From: an uncultured Methanosarcinales archaeon
GTDB lineage: Archaea; Nanobdellota; Nanobdellia; Woesearchaeales; JAGVZT01
Direction of reading: 5' to 3'
NCBI GenBank assembly: GCA_964419615.1
Contig: CAYQPU010000001.1
Coordinates: 7,857 to 71,856 of the forward strand
Length of the DNA stretch: 64,000 nt
The number at the start of each line of letters is the position of its first letter. Position 1 is the first letter of the stretch. Below are positions 18,005 to 28,132 of the stretch, piece by piece. Below the pieces are notes generated by a model. That model saw nothing but the letters and a program-made list of their open reading frames with translations. It did no database searches and was not told the DNA's origin. Both the position numbers and the translations under genes were made by a program.

Positions 18005-19756
18005 ATGACTAGAATTGCTGTTGTGGAAAAAGAGAAATGCAATCCAATTAAGTGCGGAGATTGGCTGTGTATTAGACTGTGCCCTGTTAACAGAACTGGT
18101 GAAGAGTGCATTTCCAAAACAGCTGACAAAAAAGCTCAGATTGATGAAAAGCTTTGTACTGGTTGCGGTATTTGTCCAAAAAGATGTCCTTTTGGAGCTA
18201 TTCATATTCTTAATTTACCAGAACAGTTAACTCAAAAACCAATTCACAGGTATGGAGATAATTCTTTTGCTTTGTATTCATTGCCTACACCCATGTTTGG
18301 TAAAGTTGTTGGAGTTATTGGAAGGAATGGTATTGGTAAGTCAACTGCAGTCAAGATTTTGGCTGGTATTCTCAAGCCTAATCTGGGAAAGATTGGACAA
18401 GAGGCAAAAACAGATAGACTTATTGATTATTTTAAAGGAACTGAAGCACAAAAGTTTTTTGAAGGTGTTAGAGATGAAAAGATTGTTGTTAGTTTCAAAC
18501 CCCAAAAAGTTGATACAATTCCAAATCAGTATAAGGGAAAGGTTATTGATTTATTGAAGAATGTTGATGAAAAAGGAGAATTAGATATAATTGCAGAAAA
18601 GTTAGACTTGACAAAGATTCTTGATAATGATATTAAGAATATTTCAGGCGGAGAATTACAAAGAGTTGCTATTGCTGCAACCGTTCTTAAGAAAGCAAAC
18701 CTATATGTTTTTGATGAACCTACTTCATATCTTGATATTAAACAGAGAATTAAGGTTAGTAAGTTTATTAAAGATCTTGCTGATGAAGAAACAGCAGTTT
18801 TGGTTGTTGAGCATGATCTTATTATTCTTGATTACATGACTGATTTGATTCATATTATGTATGGTAAAGAGGCTGTTTATGGTATTGTGAGTTTACCAAA
18901 GACAACTAAAGCAGGGATTAATATTTATTTATCTGGTTATCTAAAGGAAGAGAATATGAGGTTTAGGGATTCCAAGATTAAGTTCTTTGAAAAAGCTCCT
19001 TCAAAACAAGTTAAACAAAAAACAATTGTTGAATGGAGTGATATTCACAAAAAACTGAGTAAGTTTGAACTTACAGTTAATTCTGGTAAACTTGAGAACA
19101 AGAAAGTTGTTGGTATTGTTGGAGAAAATGCAATTGGTAAGACAAGTTTTGTTAAGATTCTTGCTGGTGTACTTGAGGCAGATGATGGAAAGATATTAGG
19201 GGATATCAAAGTTAGTTACAAACCACAGTATGTGCAGGCATCTGAGAAAATGGTTGCTGTTGTACTAAAACATGCTATTAAATACAAGAATCAATTAATT
19301 GCACCTTTAGGTATTGAACCTTTAATGCAAAAAAAATTATCTGAATTGTCTGGTGGAGAGTTGCAAAGAGTTGCTATTTGTGTTTGCCTTGCACAAGATG
19401 CGGATTTATATTTACTGGATGAACCTTCTGCATATCTTGATGTTGAACAAAGGTTAAAGGTTTCAAAAGTTTTAGAGAACATAATTTCCAAAAGAGAAAA
19501 GTCTGCTTTGGTTGTTGACCATGATTTACTGTTTATTGATTATATTTCTCAGCAGTTATTAGTGTTTGATGGTATTCCAGCTGAGAAAGGAATGGTTAAG
19601 GGTCCTTTTGAAATGGAACAAGGTATGAACAATTTCTTAAAAGACCTTGGAATTACTTTTAGAAGAGATCCTGAAAGCAAAAGACCAAGAGCTAATAAAC
19701 CTGAGTCTGTTATGGATAGAAAACAAAAACAAGAAAAGAAATTGTATTATGGATAA
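18005..19756 (+). CDS. abce1: ABCE1 / RNase L inhibitor ribosome-recycling ATPase
   Basis: N-terminal 4Fe-4S Cys clusters (C..C..C...CP twice) followed by two ABC ATPase domains (GRNGIGKST, LSGGELQRVAIA, twice). Confidence 0.9.
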   Translation: MTRIAVVEKEKCNPIKCGDWLCIRLCPVNRTGEECISKTADKKAQIDEKLCTGCGICPKRCPFGAIHILNLPEQLTQKPIHRYGDNSFALYSLPTPMFGKVVGVIGRNGIGKSTAVKILAGILKPNLGKIGQEAKTDRLIDYFKGTEAQKFFEGVRDEKIVVSFKPQKVDTIPNQYKGKVIDLLKNVDEKGELDIIAEKLDLTKILDNDIKNISGGELQRVAIAATVLKKANLYVFDEPTSYLDIKQRIKVSKFIKDLADEETAVLVVEHDLIILDYMTDLIHIMYGKEAVYGIVSLPKTTKAGINIYLSGYLKEENMRFRDSKIKFFEKAPSKQVKQKTIVEWSDIHKKLSKFELTVNSGKLENKKVVGIVGENAIGKTSFVKILAGVLEADDGKILGDIKVSYKPQYVQASEKMVAVVLKHAIKYKNQLIAPLGIEPLMQKKLSELSGGELQRVAICVCLAQDADLYLLDEPSAYLDVEQRLKVSKVLENIISKREKSALVVDHDLLFIDYISQQLLVFDGIPAEKGMVKGPFEMEQGMNNFLKDLGITFRRDPESKRPRANKPESVMDRKQKQEKKLYYG

Positions 19757-19771
19757 AAGAAAAAGAAAAAA

Positions 19772-20635
19772 TTACCTAATCCTACTTGCCTCTGTTATTG
19801 GCAATGTTCCATCCATTTGTAGATAAATTACATCTGCTTCAGGATTAATGCTCTGGATTGCCAAGTACTGCAGGTATTCAGGAGTTAAAGTTTGATCAAT
19901 TATATCTTGTGCTTTTGCAATACCTCCTGCTTCTGCTATTCTAATGTCTGCTTCTTTTTTTGCTACTTCCAATTGAAATTCTTTTTGAAGAACTTCTTGT
20001 TCTTTTGTTAGTTTTAATTCAATAGCTTTTGTTAATTCAGCAGGTATAGAAATGTCTCTTAGCAATACATCCTCAATTACTATTCCTCTAGGTTCTAGTT
20101 TATTAACTAGATAGGTTTGCATTTCAACAGATACTTGTTTTCTACCCATCTCAGAGTATAAATCTTCTACTTTGTACTTGGATGAAGAGTCTCTGATTGC
20201 ATTTCTAATGTAAGGAACCAGTAATGTCTCCCTATAATTGTTAGATGTTGTTTTTCTAAGTTCAGCTACTTTTTCTGAATTTAATTTGTAGAGAACACTA
20301 ATATCTAACGTTACAATTAATCCTTCATTACTTGGAACTGTTGCTGTTTCTTTGATTTCCTTTGTTCTTACATCATATTTTGTGATTGTTGAAAAAGGAG
20401 GTAGTGCAAGATGTACTCCACTTAAGAGCTCCTTGTCATTTATTTTTCCAAGTGTTTTTCTAACCCCTACTTCTCCATCACTGATAACTCTGATAGTTGT
20501 TAACAGGAAGATAAATGCAAATAGTAAAAATCCTCCAATCAAAATTACTTTAACTGGATTTGGTAGTTCTTTTGTTCTAACCATAATTACACCTCTTAAT
20601 ATATTATATTGATTATTAGTTACTGTCATTTGCAT
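19772..20635 (-). CDS. SPFH/band 7 (prohibitin/stomatin-like) membrane protein
   Basis: N-terminal TM plus PHB domain blocks (VGVRKTLGKI, TATVPSNEGLIVTLDISVLY), C-terminal coiled coil. Confidence 0.8.
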   Translation of the reverse strand: MQMTVTNNQYNILRGVIMVRTKELPNPVKVILIGGFLLFAFIFLLTTIRVISDGEVGVRKTLGKINDKELLSGVHLALPPFSTITKYDVRTKEIKETATVPSNEGLIVTLDISVLYKLNSEKVAELRKTTSNNYRETLLVPYIRNAIRDSSSKYKVEDLYSEMGRKQVSVEMQTYLVNKLEPRGIVIEDVLLRDISIPAELTKAIELKLTKEQEVLQKEFQLEVAKKEADIRIAEAGGIAKAQDIIDQTLTPEYLQYLAIQSINPEADVIYLQMDGTLPITEASRIR

Positions 20636-20675
20636 TAATACAGTATATATACTTTTCTAATCAAAAAACCGTAAA

Positions 20676-21800
20676 TTAAGCCAATATGTTTAGAATGTCT
20701 TTTCTATAGAATAATAGTATCCCAAATACAACAATACTAAGTGAGATTGTGACACCAGTTATGTTGGAGTTATCATTCATATTTATTTTTTGTTCAATAA
20801 CTTTTGATGTTTTTCCATCATATAATATATTTCCAATTAATTCATATTCTCCTGCTTGAGGTAGTTTATAGTTTGTTTTTATGGTTCTTTCTTCTCCAGG
20901 TATGATTAGTATTGAATCACTTTCAATTATGTCAAGTAGTTTATTATTAAAGTAAATTTTTCCTTGGAATTTGGCATTTAATGGAGCTTTTCCTGTGTTT
21001 TTAAATATGGAACTTATTTCTAATATTTGCTCAGTTAATGTTAAATCCATTTTTTCAAAGGATCCTTTTCTTGACAAACTTCCAAATGGAAGAATATTAA
21101 ATGATAGTTCCTGATATTTTATTGGTTTATCTAAACTAACTTGCAGTTTTGCTAAATGGGTTCCAATATACATATGTTCTGTGCTTCTGTTAATTAGAAT
21201 CTTTTGTCTTGAATTTGGTAGAATATAATCTGATTCAAAGTTAAATTCATCAACAGAGATATTATTTTTTTCAATTAAAAAATTAAATAAAGGTTTTAAT
21301 TTAACATTTCCATTGTTGTGAACTATAGTTTTAAAGGAAACAAAGTTTCCTTGTTCTGCATCTTCAACACCAATTTTCTCAACCGCAAGATTGATAACTT
21401 GTTTTCCAGTTATCTTGACTTTTGTTTTTATTGATATTCCTGTGTTAAATGATACGCCTTGTTTGTTTGGGTTATCAATTGATATAGTTATGAATGTGTT
21501 GTATTCTCCATTTGAGGTTTCATCAGAAGTATTAACAAAAATATCAATAACTTGAGTTTGGTTTGGTTCTATTTTTCCTTTTTGTTGAAAAATTGTAAAC
21601 CATTCTTTGTAGTCATCTACCTTAGTTTGATATTCTATCACATGATCTGAAGGGTTTATTATTAATAGCTGAGTTCTTGCTTGCTCTCCTCTATAGATTT
21701 CAATTTCCAATCTTGATGGAGATATTCCTACACCTTGAGCACTCACAAATGGAATGAATAGCAAGCTAAGTGCTAACAGCATTAATGTATATTTGGCCAT
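20676..21800 (-). CDS. Secreted/cell-surface protein with C-terminal TM anchor
   Basis: Signal peptide ...FVSAQG, beta-rich, C-terminal hydrophobic helix. Confidence 0.5.
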   Translation of the reverse strand: MAKYTLMLLALSLLFIPFVSAQGVGISPSRLEIEIYRGEQARTQLLIINPSDHVIEYQTKVDDYKEWFTIFQQKGKIEPNQTQVIDIFVNTSDETSNGEYNTFITISIDNPNKQGVSFNTGISIKTKVKITGKQVINLAVEKIGVEDAEQGNFVSFKTIVHNNGNVKLKPLFNFLIEKNNISVDEFNFESDYILPNSRQKILINRSTEHMYIGTHLAKLQVSLDKPIKYQELSFNILPFGSLSRKGSFEKMDLTLTEQILEISSIFKNTGKAPLNAKFQGKIYFNNKLLDIIESDSILIIPGEERTIKTNYKLPQAGEYELIGNILYDGKTSKVIEQKINMNDNSNITGVTISLSIVVFGILLFYRKDILNILA

Positions 21801-23046
21801 GATAATTACCTGAGACTGTTCCTCTTGGCATTTCCAAAGCTATTGTTAATTCTCTGTATTGAGAAATACCATAGTTTAGTCCAACTGGAACTAGTTGTTT
21901 TGATGTACCAAGAGATCCACCATATCCTGATTCAAAGTCATTGTCAAGGAAGGAGTATTTTAGGTTGTTAACTGTTATAGTATCAAATACTGAATTTAAA
22001 TCTGAAGCTCTTATTTCAAAGTCAAGTTGTGTGTTTCCAATGTTTCTGACGGTTGGATTAGGTGTTGTCATGTCGTGATCTCCTAGTACTTCTACATAAG
22101 AGCCAGATTTTCCACTAAAGTTTATTTGAGGCGTGTCAATTTCAAAGGCGATTAATTCAAGGTATTCTATGTTTTGATTAGAAGTTAGATTATTGCCAGC
22201 AGTATCTTCAACAAATAAATCTACAGAATAATTTTCTGGTGCAAGATAATAGTTAAGTGGTATTTCCAAAGAGTATTGAACAGAGCTAGTGTTAAACTCT
22301 CGCACAAATACCATTAGATAATCTTGATTATTAAAACTGATTACTGGAGTTTCAAGATCTTCATCATAATCTGTTATGTTGACTTTGATAACAAGGTTTT
22401 TTGTTGCACCAGGATTTGGTATAACTTGAATTCCAGCAAATTCTGAATCATCAGGTGTTAATGTAAATGAATCTAATATTGGAGGATTACTTAGAACTTC
22501 AGCATAGATTTCAATTATTTTCTCATTTTCTGCAACTGCATTTGAATTTGTTGGGCTTGGTGATTGCTGTGAAAAATCAAAACTGTTGTTGTTTGTATCT
22601 ACAAAGTTATTTCTTGATAGACTTGTTCCTTCATCAACATCATCTGCAGGTGTTCCCTCGTAAATTAAGGAATCTCCCCAGCCAACAACATCAACTAGCT
22701 GTCCTTGACTGTCTAAGAGTTGTACTCCTGAGTTAGTGTTTGGTAAAGTAATTTCATCAACAAAATCTGGTTCTGACCATTCTTCGGGCCATACCTCATT
22801 ATCATCTTCGTCTGCAATTAAAAAAGATGTATTTGCTTTCAACACAGTATTGTCTGGAATTGTGGCTTGAATACTTGTTGTGTTTAGTTTCCAGCCACTA
22901 ATGTCAATTTCATCTCCAAGATTATATAATTCAATATACTCACTATCTGATTCAGACAAGCTTGGATCATAGTGAACTTCTGTTATGATAACGTTTGCCG
23001 ACGCAAAAGGGATCAGTAGTAGTAGTAAAAAAAGGTGGGTTTTCAT
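21766..23046 (-). CDS. Secreted lamin-tail-domain (LTD) protein
   Basis: Signal peptide then ITEVHYDPSLSESDSEYIELYN (LTD signature), Asn/Thr-rich. Confidence 0.6.
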   Translation of the reverse strand: MKTHLFLLLLLIPFASANVIITEVHYDPSLSESDSEYIELYNLGDEIDISGWKLNTTSIQATIPDNTVLKANTSFLIADEDDNEVWPEEWSEPDFVDEITLPNTNSGVQLLDSQGQLVDVVGWGDSLIYEGTPADDVDEGTSLSRNNFVDTNNNSFDFSQQSPSPTNSNAVAENEKIIEIYAEVLSNPPILDSFTLTPDDSEFAGIQVIPNPGATKNLVIKVNITDYDEDLETPVISFNNQDYLMVFVREFNTSSVQYSLEIPLNYYLAPENYSVDLFVEDTAGNNLTSNQNIEYLELIAFEIDTPQINFSGKSGSYVEVLGDHDMTTPNPTVRNIGNTQLDFEIRASDLNSVFDTITVNNLKYSFLDNDFESGYGGSLGTSKQLVPVGLNYGISQYRELTIALEMPRGTVSGNYHGQIYINAVST

Positions 23047-23241
23047 AATATCTGTTTGAAATTAGAATTTAATATGAATTGTGGAGGTTTTGCCGGAAAG
23101 TTTGCGGTGCTTATTCTACAATATAGTTATTTTTATTTTTGCAGTGCTTCCACCAAGTTGAATCCTCGTGAAGAATATGATTTTAAGTTGATCTTAACTA
23201 GAATTAAAAGCTAATAATAAAAGAAAAAAATTTCATTAAAA

Positions 23242-23469
23242 CTAATGTGCTGTAGTAAGTTGATGTTCATAATACGCAGGTTCTGCCTCAATTGTGTCCA
23301 AAATCTGTAGAGTCAAATCAGAATATGCTGTTTCAATTTCTCCAAGTGCTTGCCCTAATTTCGCACCCATTTCTTCTGATATTTTATCAGTTGGATTATA
23401 TTCTAACATTCCATCAACAATTCTTAGAGTTGCAATATGATCTGGTGTTTGGTTTATAGTTAAATGCAC
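23242..23469 (-). CDS. Small hypothetical protein (possibly 3' half of a frameshifted gene)
   Basis: 75-aa ORF. Confidence 0.3.
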   Translation of the reverse strand: MHLTINQTPDHIATLRIVDGMLEYNPTDKISEEMGAKLGQALGEIETAYSDLTLQILDTIEAEPAYYEHQLTTAH

Positions 23470-23684
23470 AAGGTGGTTTTTTTTATTACATAAATCTCAT
23501 CACCTTCTCCAAATCCAAAAAAACTTTTTGTTTCCTCCAAAAAATCTTTTTTGTATGGAAATCTTTGAGCCAAACTAAAGTTCCTTTGTTCCATTAATTC
23601 ATAAGCCACATGTGTTTCTAATACCTGGTTTGCTGTTGGATTCATTCCCTTGCTACTTGTAATAACATCTATTGGATCTACCAT
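23460..23684 (-). CDS. Small hypothetical protein (possibly 5' half of a frameshifted gene)
   Basis: 74-aa ORF overlapping next ORF at an A8 homopolymer. Confidence 0.3.
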   Translation of the reverse strand: MVDPIDVITSSKGMNPTANQVLETHVAYELMEQRNFSLAQRFPYKKDFLEETKSFFGFGEGDEIYVIKKTTLCI

Positions 23685-23797
23685 TGTGATTTCCTCCGAT
23701 ACATTTTGTATAAGGGTAATTTAGTTAATATTTAAATCTTTCCCAAATTAGTTATTTTTTAGTAGTAAATAATTGGATATAAATATATATAAATAAA

Positions 23798-24724
23798 CTA
23801 CTCTTTACTCGAAGCCAAATACCTGGCAGCCTTTATCAGTGCCATTGCCCCTTGGCCTGCAGAAATAACATATTGATACTCATGACCTGATGCACAATCT
23901 CCCGCTGCGAATATTCCTGGAACAGATGCTTTTGTTTGACAATCTACTTGTATGTGTCCATGGTTATCTAGCTCAACAAGTTCTTTGAATGGTGCTGTGT
24001 TTGGTATTCTTCCTATTTCTATGATTATACCTTGAGTATTGATTTCTTTTTCTGTTCCATCCTGTTCATACTTTAATCCGGAGACAAATTTATCTCCAAC
24101 AATCTCTGTTGTTTGTGCATTATAAATTACTTCTACTTTGGGATTGTTTTTTACTTTCTCCATAAGATATTCATGACCTTTTAATTTATCATCTCTTACA
24201 ACAAGGTAGATTTTTGATGTAATATCTTTTAGAAAGTCAACAGCTTCCATTGCAGAATCTCCTCCACCTACAACTGCAACTGTCATATCTGAAAACAATG
24301 GACCATCACATATTGAGCAATATGTAACTCCTTTATTGTTTAGTCTTTCTTCACCAGGCACATTAAGTTTTCTTGGTTTGGATCCTGTGGCAATGATTAT
24401 TGTTTTTGTTTTATACTCTGAGTTATTGCCAATCACAACAAAATGATTTTCTTGTTTCTCTATTTTCTTAATGTATTCTTGTTTGATGTTGACCAGGTTG
24501 AATTCCATTTGTTTTTTCATTACTTCACTAAATTCAACTCCTGTGGTTTGCACAATCCCAGGATAGTTTAATATCTCCCCGCTTGACATGAATTGACCTC
24601 CTGCTTCAGCTGAGATGATTTCATACTTTATCCTTTTTCTAGAGGCATAAATTGCTGCTGTCATGCCTGCAATTCCACCTCCAATTATGATTGTGTCATA
24701 CATCTTATAAGCCAAGTAGTTCAT
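23798..24724 (-). CDS. trxB: Thioredoxin-disulfide reductase
   Basis: FAD motif IIIGGGIAGMTAAIY, redox CSICDG, NAD(P) motif VVGGGDSAME, GIFAAGDC. Confidence 0.85.
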   Translation of the reverse strand: MNYLAYKMYDTIIIGGGIAGMTAAIYASRKRIKYEIISAEAGGQFMSSGEILNYPGIVQTTGVEFSEVMKKQMEFNLVNIKQEYIKKIEKQENHFVVIGNNSEYKTKTIIIATGSKPRKLNVPGEERLNNKGVTYCSICDGPLFSDMTVAVVGGGDSAMEAVDFLKDITSKIYLVVRDDKLKGHEYLMEKVKNNPKVEVIYNAQTTEIVGDKFVSGLKYEQDGTEKEINTQGIIIEIGRIPNTAPFKELVELDNHGHIQVDCQTKASVPGIFAAGDCASGHEYQYVISAGQGAMALIKAARYLASSKE

Positions 24725-24953
24725 CTATTTTTGATTTGTTGAATCCAACTATCACATTTTCATCAATCAATATAACAGGAACTCCCATCTGACCTGATTT
24801 TTCAATCATTTCTTTTCTAGCTTCTGCATCTTCTGCAACGTTTTTATGTTCAAATTCAACATTTTTCTCTTTAAAATAATCTTTTGCTTTCACACACCAT
24901 GGACATGTAGGTGTTGAAAAGACTGTAACTTTTGCCATTATTCTTGCCTCCAT
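24705..24953 (-). CDS. Glutaredoxin/NrdH-like thiol-disulfide oxidoreductase
   Basis: STPTCPWCVKAKDYF motif; about 80 aa. Confidence 0.7.
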   Translation of the reverse strand: MEARIMAKVTVFSTPTCPWCVKAKDYFKEKNVEFEHKNVAEDAEARKEMIEKSGQMGVPVILIDENVIVGFNKSKIDELLGL

Positions 24954-25055
24954 TCTCTTGTGAATATTTCACATTCACATTTCTCTTCATCACATTTGCA
25001 GGTTGTACATATTAATTTTTCGCCAACTTGTATGCATTCTTCTTTTGTCATATAT

Positions 25056-25541
25056 TCACTCCCTTTTTTTTAATTGCTTATCAAGTACCATCAAAGCTGG
25101 TTTCATTTCTCCAACCATTTTGAGTTTTTGTACAATCTCATCTGCTGACGCTTCTTCTTCAACTTGCTCTTTTACAAACCATTGTAAAAAGTTTTCAGTT
25201 GCATGATCTTTTTGCTCTCGAGCAAGATCTACGAGAAAGTGTATTCTTTTTGTGATATGCACTTCATGATTGTAAGCTGCAGTTATTGCATCTATTGGAC
25301 TTTTCCATTCAAATGCTGGTTTTGCAATTTCTGTTAATTCTACTCTGGCTCCTCTTTCATTGACATAATTATAAATTTTCATTGTATGTTCTATTTCCTC
25401 TTCAGCTTGCTTGATCATCCAATGGCTAAATCCTGGAAGATTAGTGGATTCAAAGTATGCTGACATTGATAAATAGATATAGGCAGAAGCTAGTTCTTCA
25501 TTAATTTGTTTGTTTAATTCATCGGTTACTTTTTTGTTCAT
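25056..25541 (-). CDS. Ferritin-like iron storage protein
   Basis: Ferritin di-iron ligand pattern E..ASAYIYLSMS...EEEIEHTMKIY...E..H. Confidence 0.7.
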   Translation of the reverse strand: MNKKVTDELNKQINEELASAYIYLSMSAYFESTNLPGFSHWMIKQAEEEIEHTMKIYNYVNERGARVELTEIAKPAFEWKSPIDAITAAYNHEVHITKRIHFLVDLAREQKDHATENFLQWFVKEQVEEEASADEIVQKLKMVGEMKPALMVLDKQLKKRE

Positions 25542-25555
25542 TTTTTTCTCCTCCT

Positions 25556-26098
25556 TTATTCAGGTTTGATAGCATCTTGTCCTGGTTCCCAATTTACAGG
25601 GCACACATATTCTGAATGCTCATTTATGTATTTTGCTGCCTTAATTTTTCTTAGGATTTCTTGAATGTTTCTTCCAATCGCATTGTCGTGAAATTCAAAT
25701 GCTTTAACATTCTGATCTGGATCAATAATAAATGTTGCTCTAAGGCTTAAACCTTCCTCTGGAATTAATGTTCCATAAGCTTGTGTTACTCTACGAGCTG
25801 GATCAGCAAGCATTGGATATTTTATTTTGGCAATTGCATCAGAGTTTTCATGCCATGCTTTGTGTACAAAGGCTGTGTCCGTACTAACACTAATTACCTC
25901 TGCATCAAGTTTTTTAAATTCTTCATATTTATTTGCCAATTCCTCAAGTTCAGTTGGACAAACAAATGTAAAATCAGCTGGATAAAAGAATAATACTACC
26001 CATTTTCCCGTATAATCAGTTAATTTGATTTTTTTAATATCCTTATTAATAAAAGCATCCTCTTGAAAATCCGGTGCTTTATCTCCAATATTTACCAT
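25556..26098 (-). CDS. Peroxiredoxin (AhpC/TSA family)
   Basis: FYPADFTFVCPTE peroxidatic Cys motif. Confidence 0.85.
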   Translation of the reverse strand: MVNIGDKAPDFQEDAFINKDIKKIKLTDYTGKWVVLFFYPADFTFVCPTELEELANKYEEFKKLDAEVISVSTDTAFVHKAWHENSDAIAKIKYPMLADPARRVTQAYGTLIPEEGLSLRATFIIDPDQNVKAFEFHDNAIGRNIQEILRKIKAAKYINEHSEYVCPVNWEPGQDAIKPE

Positions 26099-26107
26099 AA
26101 TTTCACC

Positions 26108-26362
26108 TCAAAATTTTATTTTAGTATTTCCTTGATTAATCTTGGATTGACAAGCAAGTCTTTGATTATCATCTAAATCCATGTCAATTTCTTCTTGTGT
26201 TAGCTGATTGAGATTATCCAAACCTTCTTCTACCTGGATTTTACATGAACCACAAGTACCTGCATAGCATCCAAAAACAACACCTAATTTTTCACAGGCA
26301 TTAGTGATATCACTGCCATCTTTAACTTCAATCTTGTTGCTATTTGATTCTATTGTTGCCAT
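26108..26362 (-). CDS. 2Fe-2S ferredoxin-like protein
   Basis: C...GCYAGTCGSCKIQVEEG cysteine pattern. Confidence 0.6.
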   Translation of the reverse strand: MATIESNSNKIEVKDGSDITNACEKLGVVFGCYAGTCGSCKIQVEEGLDNLNQLTQEEIDMDLDDNQRLACQSKINQGNTKIKF

Positions 26363-26952
26363 TTTCCAAGATTTCTATCTGCTTGTTCCCAATTGATTAT
26401 CTTAAAGAAGTTTTCAACATATTCTGCTCTTTTGTTTTGGTATTTAAGATAATATGCATGTTCCCACACATCAAGCATTATAATTGGTTTTAATCCATCT
26501 GTTATAGGATTGTCTTGGTTTGGTGTGCCCATTATTTTTAGTTTACCATTATCTAAAACAAGCCATGCCCATCCACTTCCAAATCTTGTTAGTGCAGTTT
26601 TTGAGAATTGTTCTTTGAATTGATCAAATCCACCAAACTGACTATTGATCATATCAGCAACTTGGCCTTTGAAATCCTGATCTTTTTTAAGAATTTTCCA
26701 AAACATTGAATGGTTTAAGTGTCCACCGCCACTATTTCTAACAGCAGTTTGTGTTTCAGCTGGAATATCATTTAAATTCTTTATTAATTCCATTGGTTCT
26801 TTTTTCTGTAACTCTGGATTATTCTCCAAAGCCTTGTTAAGTTTATTCACATATCCTTGATGATGTTTAGAATGATGTATTTGCATTGTTTTTGCATCTA
26901 TATATGGTTCTAATGCATCATACTCGTAATCTAATTTTTTTAGTTCAAACAT
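26350..26952 (-). CDS. sod: Fe/Mn superoxide dismutase
   Basis: HHSKHHQGYVNKLN and DVWEHAYY signature. Confidence 0.9.
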   Translation of the reverse strand: MFELKKLDYEYDALEPYIDAKTMQIHHSKHHQGYVNKLNKALENNPELQKKEPMELIKNLNDIPAETQTAVRNSGGGHLNHSMFWKILKKDQDFKGQVADMINSQFGGFDQFKEQFSKTALTRFGSGWAWLVLDNGKLKIMGTPNQDNPITDGLKPIIMLDVWEHAYYLKYQNKRAEYVENFFKIINWEQADRNLGKWQQ

Positions 26953-27046
26953 TTTTACACCTCCAATTCTGTTTGTTAATTTTTCAAATATAAAGGTTTG
27001 TAATTATTTTTTTCTCCGCGTATTTTTATCACATCTGTAAAAAAAA

Positions 27047-27088
27047 GCCCTGCAGGAAAGAGGCGGGAACCTGCAGTGCCTTTTTAAT
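27047..27088. terminator. Bidirectional hairpin terminator (cctgcagg...cctgcag) flanked by A8 and T5
   Basis: Hairpin with palindromic arms followed by T8 on minus strand downstream of 27206-27442 gene. Confidence 0.4.
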
Positions 27089-27205
27089 TAATTATATAAT
27101 ATTTCATGGTATTGTTGCTTGTCAATTTCATCTTTTATATTGTCCTTTTCAAGTATGCCATTCATCTTTGTTATTTCTCCATTATTGTCTACACACTTTC
27201 CTTCA

Positions 27206-27442
27206 TTACATTGAATTTTTTGCTCGATTTTGTATCACCACCTCAAAATTTTTGTTTGTTACAATCTTACCAAGTTCTTGTGTTAATTTTTCAACGTCAG
27301 CTTCATATGATTCTGCGCATTGCTGCACTGTTTCCCATGTTGCAACACAGCAACCAACGCATGGAATGCCGTGTTTTGACAATATTTGCACAGAATCAGG
27401 GTATCTTTTTACCAGATCTGCAATGATCATATCCTTTACCAT
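27206..27442 (-). CDS. DUF1858-type small redox protein (hybrid-cluster-protein-associated disulfide protein family)
   Basis: IADLVKRYP...ILSKHGIPCVGCCVATWETV pattern. Confidence 0.55.
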   Translation of the reverse strand: MVKDMIIADLVKRYPDSVQILSKHGIPCVGCCVATWETVQQCAESYEADVEKLTQELGKIVTNKNFEVVIQNRAKNSM

Positions 27443-27565
27443 CTTAAAAATGATTATTTGTGCTGATTTAATAAATGTATTCCAAATAATTTATGGGATA
27501 ATTATATTTTGAACTTATGAATTATAAGTAAAATATTTATAGAAGTTCCATTTTCTTATAGTTCA

Positions 27566-28132
27566 ATGGCAAATAAACCAAAAACATTTTCAAATATTGA
27601 AGAATTTGATAAAACATTAGGATTAAACCAAAAGCTAGCTCTTGACAAAAGAGATAATGTTATTTTGTCGATGATCCAGCAAAATCCAGATGTTTCTCAG
27701 GAAGAGATTGCTAAAATGATTAAGCTTTCCCAGCCTTCTGTTGGAGCAAGACTTAAGAAATTAAGAGATAAGGGCATTTTGCATAAAGTTAATGGGGTTA
27801 ATTTTAGAGTGGTTGATTTAAGTTTGGGTTTGGTTCTGGTTAATAGTACAGACACTTCTGCTATTATTAGTGAGTTTAGGGATTGTCCTTTTTTTCTTAA
27901 TGCAATGATTACATCTGGACAGCACAATTTGACATTATTATTTATGGCAACAGATTTGAAAAGATTAGAGGGAATTGTTAATCATCATTTGAGGGGAAAT
28001 GAGAAAGTAAAGGATATTCAATTAAATATTGTTATTTCAACAGCAAAAGATTTTGTGCTGCCCCTAAATATTAATTATAATAATAAAAATCAGCTTGGGT
28101 GTGAGCAGCACTGCAAAGATTGTTTAGCTTGA
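27566..28132 (+). CDS. Lrp/AsnC-like transcriptional regulator with Cys-rich C-terminal tail
   Basis: HTH (VILSMIQQNPDVSQEEIAKMIKLSQPSVGARLKKLRDKGIL) plus AsnC-type C-terminal domain; ends CEQHCKDC. Confidence 0.6.
   Translation: MANKPKTFSNIEEFDKTLGLNQKLALDKRDNVILSMIQQNPDVSQEEIAKMIKLSQPSVGARLKKLRDKGILHKVNGVNFRVVDLSLGLVLVNSTDTSAIISEFRDCPFFLNAMITSGQHNLTLLFMATDLKRLEGIVNHHLRGNEKVKDIQLNIVISTAKDFVLPLNINYNNKNQLGCEQHCKDCLA

Noticed and set aside
23080-23160. Imperfect inverted repeat (tgtggaggttttgcc ... ggcagtgcttccacc) upstream of the LTD-protein operon as a small RNA
   Set aside because: Arms are short and mismatched; more likely promoter/UTR sequence of the minus-strand operon.
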